Below are positions 57,168 to 64,000 of a stretch of DNA of 64,000 bases, in pieces. The notes beneath the pieces were generated by a model. That model was not told the origin of the DNA. It searched no databases and was given only the letters and a program-made list of their open reading frames with translations. The position numbers and the translations under genes were made by a program. The stretch is from Naegleria gruberi (lineage: Eukaryota). Positions within the stretch are counted from its first letter, which is position 1. Each line of letters starts with the position of its first letter. The DNA is taken from the NCBI GenBank assembly GCA_000004985.1, contig GG738848.1. One strand, 5' to 3'.

Positions 57168-59612
57168 TTATAGATCTGCAAAGTTCATTCTCTTTTCACA
57201 ATTTTTCTTCAAATGGATAGCAACTTTGTCACTTGCATTATTTTGTAAATATTTTGAAAGTAAGGTGGCAGCATTGTTGAAATTCTCATTGAAATATTCT
57301 TGAGTTGCTTCATTGTAAATATTCCATTGTTCATTCTTCTCCTTTGCATTCAATTCATACATCCATTCATCAGCTTCATTATTAATACTTTCACCCAATT
57401 CGTAAACTTTTCTTGGTGCGTGAATTTGACTTTTATCTGCAATGTTTGGATATGAATAATAATCATCCAACACAAAATTCTTAAAATCAACAAATCTAAC
57501 TTGAAACTTGTTGTCAATTTTCTGGAATAATTCATGAGAAATAACTATTGGAATATCCAACTCTTTTGCAGTTTCAATCATGCCTTGAATATTGTATTGA
57601 ACACTTCCAAAAACACCAAAGTTCATAATCTCCTTTGTTCCCACATTACCACACATACATTCTTGAGTTGTTGCAACAATATGGAAATCCAAATTCAATG
57701 TCGGATTATTCTCATAAACAATATGCTGTGATAGCTTATTTTCCTGTAAAGTTATCAATTTTTTCAATAAGGAATGACAACATTGAAGACCCTTCATTTC
57801 ATGTTTATGTTGATCACCTGAAGCATTGAAGAGAATTGTAACTGTTTCATTTTCAAATTTACCAACTTGTCCATTACTAATCTTTGCTACATAGTTAATA
57901 ACATCAAAAACATCTGTCAAAATGGAAAGACACTCTTTTGGATTGGCATTGTTGAACAAAATATTGACACCGTCCAAAAAGGCACTAACAGCAGTAACTC
58001 TCTTCTTTTCCAAATATAGAGAGAACATGTTGACGACAGAACTTTGTTGTTTGAGTAATTTTCTTGAAAGAATGCCTGAATGAGAGTTAGTATTAGAATT
58101 TGAAAACGAGGATGAGTCTTTGTGCTTTTCTTGCAAAGGTGTTTCTTCAACTTTCTCAACTTCTCCATCTTCTGAATTGTTGTTGTCCAACTTACTCAAC
58201 AAGTGACCTGGAATAAATTTTCTGTACAATCTAATTCTTTCTACCATACCTATAAAGTGAACTTGCAAGGATTTCACTTCAGAGAGTAAAGACCTAGACA
58301 AACGAAAATTATCCAGTTCCATATTCGAAACCAATTCAAATGAGTCTATTAAATTTTGGAATGGCTTAACAACCATAATAGAAAACACAGTTGTCATAGT
58401 TAATCCAAATATAACTACCACAACAGACCCAACAATTGCACAAACAATAGCAAAAATCATATTACCAATATAATTCCATTTTGGGACGCTGTACACTAAT
58501 ATCCAATCAATACCTTCATCAATACACATTCTTCGAACTGATACATAAGTGTCATCAATTATAACTGTAACATTGGTGTTACAAGCAAGATTTTGAAAAT
58601 CATTATTGAATTGTAAAGCTATTTGATCTCCAAATTTGGTGACACCACCCCCATGGGTTGAGAATGTCTTTCGAGTGGAATCTCTTTCTGTGAACACGTC
58701 TTCTAGAAAACCTGAAGCAATCATGTTTTTTGATTGTGTTTCAAATACAAACCCAACAGTTCCTGTAATATTGACTGTTTGTTTGTAAAGGAACTCTGAT
58801 AAAACATCAAGATTCATAACTATTGTTACAAAATCATTGATTTTACCATAGGATGATATGCTACTGGTACAAGCAATATTCAACTGATTAGAGTTTGTTG
58901 AAGCAACAAATGATGGAGAGAAAATAGTCTTCCCTGGATTCCTTGTAGCTGTCTGAGAAAGGAATGTGTAATCAGTTGAGTTGACCACCCTATCAGGTTT
59001 TGTTTGATGGATACAAACATCGTTATGCTCTGGGTCTATACAATTCCAATAGCTTTGATTCTGTCCCTGATTCACTGCTGTGTACATTACTGATGTTTCG
59101 TCAACCGTAATTCCATACATGTTACCACTAGCATCACCAATCGAGAGCATGTTCAGAAAATCAATGTGAGATTTAATAACTTTCTGCAATCTAAATGTTC
59201 GATCCATTATGAGAGTTTGATTAGTGAAATCAAAATTAGGGTCGAGTTGTGATTTTGTGGATTCTGTTGCCAATACCACATTCTTAATAGAAGTCTCTGT
59301 GTAGGAAATAATGACATCAAATTCTGATTTTCTCACCTTCTCACTCAATGTACCAACCTCTGAACTGAATGCTGTTATCCATATCGAGTCAAACACGACT
59401 GTACATGACAATATCAAGAGAAATATAATAAAGACAAGAATAAATTTGATGGAAGAAAAAAAGCTTAAAACCCTCGAACGACTCTGAATCGTTTTCCTTG
59501 GTGCCTCAGCTGGTGAAGCGTTTTGGTCTGAATTTTTGCCTGGAACCTTTTCCTGTAGTTTTTGCTCACTATTAGGCTTTGAAGAGGTAACAAGTGGTTG
59601 AATACGAGTCAT
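57168..59612 (-). CDS. Receptor-type class III nucleotidyl cyclase homolog (ACG-like topology)
   Basis: 814-aa single ORF with two TM helices flanking an extracellular sensor region of about 310 aa. The C-terminal region is collinear with class III cyclase catalytic domains. VTAVSAFLDGVN corresponds to VTvlFaDIvGFT, GKFENETVTILFN to KtIGDaym, and CGNVGTKEIMNFGVFGSVQYNIQGMIETAK to the G..G....dytvfGd.VN.AaR motif. Several catalytic residues are substituted. Confidence 0.5.
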   Translation of the reverse strand: MTRIQPLVTSSKPNSEQKLQEKVPGKNSDQNASPAEAPRKTIQSRSRVLSFFSSIKFILVFIIFLLILSCTVVFDSIWITAFSSEVGTLSEKVRKSEFDVIISYTETSIKNVVLATESTKSQLDPNFDFTNQTLIMDRTFRLQKVIKSHIDFLNMLSIGDASGNMYGITVDETSVMYTAVNQGQNQSYWNCIDPEHNDVCIHQTKPDRVVNSTDYTFLSQTATRNPGKTIFSPSFVASTNSNQLNIACTSSISSYGKINDFVTIVMNLDVLSEFLYKQTVNITGTVGFVFETQSKNMIASGFLEDVFTERDSTRKTFSTHGGGVTKFGDQIALQFNNDFQNLACNTNVTVIIDDTYVSVRRMCIDEGIDWILVYSVPKWNYIGNMIFAIVCAIVGSVVVVIFGLTMTTVFSIMVVKPFQNLIDSFELVSNMELDNFRLSRSLLSEVKSLQVHFIGMVERIRLYRKFIPGHLLSKLDNNNSEDGEVEKVEETPLQEKHKDSSSFSNSNTNSHSGILSRKLLKQQSSVVNMFSLYLEKKRVTAVSAFLDGVNILFNNANPKECLSILTDVFDVINYVAKISNGQVGKFENETVTILFNASGDQHKHEMKGLQCCHSLLKKLITLQENKLSQHIVYENNPTLNLDFHIVATTQECMCGNVGTKEIMNFGVFGSVQYNIQGMIETAKELDIPIVISHELFQKIDNKFQVRFVDFKNFVLDDYYSYPNIADKSQIHAPRKVYELGESINNEADEWMYELNAKEKNEQWNIYNEATQEYFNENFNNAATLLSKYLQNNASDKVAIHLKKNCEKRMNFADL

Positions 59613-60222
59613 TTTCTTTTGATTGTGTTAGAGTTTGTGCGTATCGTATTCGGTTTGTTGAACTGTACTTATCAACACAGACGTTATCGCATCAATGGAA
59701 CAATGATCCAGCACTGTGTGGAAAGAGACAACATCCAAAAGTGTCTGGCTTAGTCTTAATATGAAATTATGGGCGAATATAAAAAATATCACCATGGCTG
59801 TAGTAAGGCTCGAGCATTCTGTTGGAAAATATTGTTTCGGGGAGATATTGGTGATCTGAGATACGATAACAAGAGGAGAATTTATTTGTATTTCCTTCTG
59901 CTGCTTGTAAAGCTTGATGCAAGCTATACAACTTGTGAAACAAGGACAATAATTATAGACGTTTCCTATTGATTGCCAATCGAATATTTACGATAGGAAT
60001 ATCGTGCGTGTGGGCATTGATCAATTCCATCTCTTCATTATTGGCCCTATCACCTATTTCGTTTGTTTCATCCAAATGTTCCAATTCTGATTCGTTTATT
60101 TCATCTTGGTTAGAAGCACTTTGCTTTGGTGCTTCAGTTTCCTTTCTCTTCTCTCTTTTTTTCATTTTGAAATTATTCAATAAAACTAATCAATGTATTT
60201 TCTCAATTTAGTCAAAATCCAA

Positions 60223-60858
60223 TTACATTTCAATTTCCTTTTTGAAATGGACACAGCCATCTCTTTCACAAACTTGAATAAAGCCCAACTTTTTGTAGAG
60301 TTCCACTGCTTCAATCCAGGGTGTGTCTGTTTCCACAACAAGCCAGCTCTTCATTACCTTATTTTCATCATCTTTCAATTTCACATATAATTGACCTGCC
60401 TTTGAAATTAAATATTTCATGATTTGGAAAGCCAATCCTTTTCTTCTATATTCTTTAATCACAGAAACCCTCCCTACTCTCAGACAATACTCATTTTCAC
60501 TCTCCCTTTGCTTGGAATTATCCGAATCTTGATCATGATTATTTTCCACAAGTTTTGATGTGAAATGTTCCAAACTCAATGCACCAGTCCCTATCATTTC
60601 ATTATTACTAGTCGAAAACATGGCACAAAAAACCAAATAATTTGCATCCAAATCATTCAAATCTTGATTAAAACTTTCATCGTATTCATCTCCGAATCTT
60701 TCTGCAAGTCCTTGATGAACAATTTGTGCTGCAACTTTCTTTTGCTCAACTGGTGCTGAGCAAGAATAACTTCCTGCAATCTCTTCAATACGAAATTGTT
60801 GATCATTCATTTTTTTCTTATTGATTTTCATAACAACCTTATCAAACGGAGTTAGCAT
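60223..60858 (-). CDS. GNAT-family N-acetyltransferase
   Basis: The C-terminal region LRVGRVSVIKEYRRKGLAFQIMKYLISKA...GF matches GNAT motif A (R/Q-x-x-G-x-G/A) followed by motif B. The 5' ATG may instead be the internal Met at about 60829 or 60808. Confidence 0.55.
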   Translation of the reverse strand: MLTPFDKVVMKINKKKMNDQQFRIEEIAGSYSCSAPVEQKKVAAQIVHQGLAERFGDEYDESFNQDLNDLDANYLVFCAMFSTSNNEMIGTGALSLEHFTSKLVENNHDQDSDNSKQRESENEYCLRVGRVSVIKEYRRKGLAFQIMKYLISKAGQLYVKLKDDENKVMKSWLVVETDTPWIEAVELYKKLGFIQVCERDGCVHFKKEIEM

Positions 60859-60897
60859 TTGCCTTTCTCCGGCGTTACTTTTTCATCTGTAAAAAAA

Positions 60898-62241
60898 ATG
60901 AATAGAATTTGCGCTGTTGCTTTCCTCATCGCAGCCTTGTGTTTGGTTTCTGTGGCTTTTGCCTCTACTGAACAAAAGAGTTTCCATCAGAGAAATCCAT
61001 GTTATAGAAAGGATAAACGTTATGATGGTTCCGATCCACGTTATGTCAAGTCTGTTATCAAAACTCCTAGACCACACGATATTTATGCTCCACAAGATCT
61101 TCCATCTTCTTGGGTATGTTTTTATAGCAAATGTAGTAATTTGTATTTATCAAATGATTCAAAAATCGACGATTGATTGGATGATTTTTGTGTGGATGAT
61201 GAAAATTGTGTGGATAGGATTGGAGAAATGTTAGTGGTGTTAACTATTTGTCTGTTACTAGAAATCAACACATTCCAACATATTGTGGAAGTTGTTGGGG
61301 TATGTTTAATAGTATTTAAATTGTTTTTTCTAATTTTCAAAAGCTCACGGAAGTACTTCTGCTTTGGCTGATAGAATTAACATTGCCAGAAAGGGACAAG
61401 CTCCACGTGCTCTCCTCTCTGTTCAACACGTTATTGCTTGTGGTGATGCTGGAAGTTGTGAAGGTGGTGATGATGTTCGTAAGTGTCAAATGTAATGATT
61501 AATTAATATTAATACGTCAACTATATAGCTGTCTATCAATATGCTCATGATTATGGTATTCCTGATGAATCTTGTAACAATTATAAGGCTCAAGATCAAG
61601 ACTGTACTGCTTTTGCTAAATGTGGTACTTGTAATTCCACTGGATGTTCTCCAATCACAAACTTCAAGAGATGGAAGGTTGGAGAATATGGTAGCATTGA
61701 TGGTGAACATCAAATGATGTCTGAAATTTTTGCTCGTGGTCCAATTTCGTAAGTATATTTAATTGAATTTCCAAAACTGAAATAATTAGTTGTGGTATTG
61801 GTATGTTAATTTTGAATTTAATGAAAATTAATTGTAATTAGATGCTACTAACAAGTTGGAAGCCTACACTGGAGGTATCTTTGAAGAATTTGAAATCTTC
61901 CCAATGATTAATCACATCATTTCAGTTGTTGGTTGGGGAGAAGAAAATGGAAAGAAGTATTGGATTGTTAGAAACAGTTGGGGCGAACCATATGGAGAAC
62001 AAGGTATGTAATAATAATATAATAATAATTAATGATTATCATCTTGAAATAATGATTTATAATTATTATTTTGAAATAATTGCTCAACTACTACAGGATT
62101 CTTCAGGTATGTTATCATTATTTTGAAATAACTAAATTTTTACTCAATTATTTAAATTTTAACAGAATTATTAGAGGTACCACAAGATTCTACAATTTGG
62201 CAATTGAAACACAATGTGCTTTTGCTGTACCAATTGTTTAA
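60898..62241 (+). CDS. ctsZ: Cathepsin Z/X-type papain-family cysteine protease, 8 exons including 11-nt and 10-nt micro-exons
   Basis: Exons are 60898..61113, 61218..61299, 61344..61478, 61529..61748, 61790..61800, 61842..62003, 62097..62106 and 62166..62241, totalling 912 nt for 303 aa. The protein reads signal peptide, [46 protein letters not shown] (active Cys), then [73 protein letters not shown] and [16 protein letters not shown]. This is collinear with cathepsin Z. Confidence 0.9.
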
Positions 62242-62590
62242 ACCTATTAAAAATAATTTATTTACTAAAATGATATTTAATATCATCTCAAAACAATCTT
62301 TTTTGAATTTATTAAAACAAAGAACCACTTAGTAATAATGGAACTCAAGGTTTGACTTGTGATGAAAATATTGTTAAGACATTCATTTCTACAAACAATC
62401 TAATTATCTGAAGAATATTGAATTTAAAGTGGTTGTCACTTGACCAAATTACGCATTAAGTGTTGTCTGAATTTGTCATTTGTCATAACCATGTTACTAA
62501 TATCTCTTCAGTACGCAACAATAGTATTTATCAATTAGTGCTTTCATTCGAAAACAATTAACAATAAAAAACAACAACAATAAACACAAC

Positions 62591-63019
62591 ATGGGTGAAT
62601 TCGTTTGCATAGAAAAGGAAGACAACTCATTCTCTGACATTAAAATCCCAACATTTAATGAAATTATTGCACACAACATTAACACAGAATGGGCCAAACA
62701 ATGTTGCCAAATTTTCACTGAATTTGGAAAGAAAGCAAGACGTGAAAGATCAGATGTTAAAGAATTTGTTCTATTTAATGTGAGAACAATTGGCAAATAT
62801 TTAACTGAACTCGCGTTGAAACAAGAGACAGTTGAAACAATTAGTCAACCAGAAGAAATTAGAAGACATCATCAAGAAATTCAATCACTTCTCCAAGAAT
62901 ATATTGATGAGTTGACTTCAAAGATTGTTGCTGTCATTGCAGAGAAATCAGAAAGCGAGATTAAGACCATCATTAATGAAGGCACTGGTGCGGATTATGG
63001 AATTGGTGGTGAAGAATAA
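62591..63019 (+). CDS. Hypothetical small acidic protein (142 aa)
   Basis: Clean single ORF between the cathepsin and esterase genes. No family recognised. Confidence 0.3.
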   Translation: MGEFVCIEKEDNSFSDIKIPTFNEIIAHNINTEWAKQCCQIFTEFGKKARRERSDVKEFVLFNVRTIGKYLTELALKQETVETISQPEEIRRHHQEIQSLLQEYIDELTSKIVAVIAEKSESEIKTIINEGTGADYGIGGEE

Positions 63020-63065
63020 TCATTAAAAATTAAAGTTTCCATTTATAGTAAATGTTACAAAGTGT

Positions 63066-64000
63066 CTAGTTCAGTTTTGTTTTAGTATTTTTATCCCTTT
63101 GTTGATTAAACCATCCATGATCATATCCAATAAAATCCAATTCATCACAATACTTCTTATGGAAATCAGTGACAATTTGATTGGCAGGAGTTTGGAAAAA
63201 CAATGTCTGACGATTATCAGCAGAGAATTTAGGCCACTGAATGAGATTGGTTGTATTCTTTCCTTGATTTGGATTACCAAATTTCACAAAGTTAGTGATA
63301 TACTCAACCATGGATGCTGACAAACGTTCTTCCTCTGGATTGAAATGCATATCTGGCATGAATGTTGTTCCAATTGAGTGGAATACGAATGGTAATTCAG
63401 CTCCATGACAAACATGACCAACACAATAGTTATATCTTGGTCCCCAAGCATCAAATGACAAGACATGGTCAAAGATATAGTTATAGATTGGAAGTTGTGG
63501 ATTTTGTTGTGAAATTTGAGAGAGAATCTTTCTCAATGGACACAAGAAAATGTAATCTGTACCAAGAACTGATGTAATAGGTCTCTTATCACCATCCAAT
63601 AGTGGTCTATACCAATCTAGAATTCTAACTCCATCCTCAACTCCGAAAATGTCCATAATTAATGCTAAATATTCAACAGTATTGAGCTTGTTGTGAATTC
63701 CCATATAAATGAACAAGAGAGCTTCCTCTCTGACGTTTCCAATCATGATTGGCACCTTGTGATACAATCCCTTCTCAATAGCTTTTCATATTTACATTAA
63801 AATCACTTTCGAATACAATTCCAACACAAATTAAACCTACCTTCAAAAGTTTGATAAGGAATCAATCCACCCTTTGATACAGTTGGAGCCCACGGTAAGA
63901 ATGTCTCCAAAGGAATTGATAAATTCTTATAAGTATCCATGAAATATTGTCCCTCAAGAATTTTTTCAATTGACAAATTTTGGAAACATTCAAAATCATT
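63066..64000 (-). CDS. Type-B carboxylesterase/cholinesterase-family protein, 3' part. The gene continues beyond the window end.
   Basis: The last exon runs 63066..63781. An upstream exon starts at 63841 and runs off the window. The junction reads ...IPYQTFE-A-IEKGLYHKVPIMIGNV. The C-terminal esterase-B region contains GTDYIFLCP, VCHGAELPFVF and FNPEEERLSASMVEY. Confidence 0.7.

Noticed and set aside
59620-60222. Small ORFs 59767..59949 and 59953..60180 between the cyclase homolog and GNAT genes as a possible small 2-exon gene
   Set aside because: A GTAAAT donor after ...DIPIV is possible, but the downstream frame gives only a few residues before a stop, and there is no conserved motif. The evidence is insufficient.
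1-64000. Prokaryotic interpretation (operons, RBS, phage)
   Set aside because: Gene bodies are interrupted by canonical GT(A/T)AGT...AG introns that restore the frames of conserved eukaryotic proteins (Rac, INO80, TPS, cathepsin Z). CAAX prenylation and poly-N/Q tracts are also present. No Shine-Dalgarno-type organisation was seen.

Overview
This is a eukaryotic nuclear window, not prokaryotic. It is AT-rich (about 65-70% AT) with still more AT-rich intergenic DNA. Genes carry short GTAAGT...AG introns of about 50-170 nt. Several proteins have poly-N/Q tracts. One intact tyrosine-recombinase (DIRS/PAT-type) retrotransposon is present. Together these point to a dictyostelid-like social amoeba (Amoebozoa); this is an inference from sequence style only. 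The window is gene-dense, with about 30 protein-coding genes on both strands. Genes I can support from conserved motifs are: a Rac/Rho GTPase with a CAAX box (6 exons); an Amt/MEP ammonium transporter (7 exons including a 4-nt micro-exon); a membrane-anchored subtilisin-like protease; a 7TM protein with a C-terminal RGS domain; a fused trehalose-6-phosphate synthase/phosphatase; a protein with three H-type lectin domains plus a ricin-B domain; a large ARM-like protein; a secreted RCC1-repeat/EGF protein; an INO80 chromatin-remodelling ATPase; a DUF92/TMEM19 membrane protein; a divergent GPD2-like FAD glycerol-3-phosphate dehydrogenase paralog; a rhodanese; a BTB+GAF protein with a poly-N/Q N-terminus; several F-box/LRR proteins; a prenylcysteine oxidase; a frameshifted RGS-domain pseudogene; an ACG-like receptor-type nucleotide cyclase homolog; a GNAT acetyltransferase; a cathepsin Z/X gene with 11-nt and 10-nt micro-exons; and the 3' part of a type-B carboxylesterase that runs off the window. 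The most unusual locus is a 4.66-kb tyrosine-recombinase retrotransposon at 49229..53889 on the minus strand. It has split direct repeats, 100% identical 202-bp terminal repeats, one 3.84-kb open frame running from gag into the recombinase that overprints RT/RNase H in another frame, and a single in-frame TAG between RT and RNase H. No rRNA, tRNA or CRISPR features were found. The ORF track uses alternative start codons, so several listed M residues are not ATG. My hand-derived exon boundaries are accurate to about +/-2 nt.
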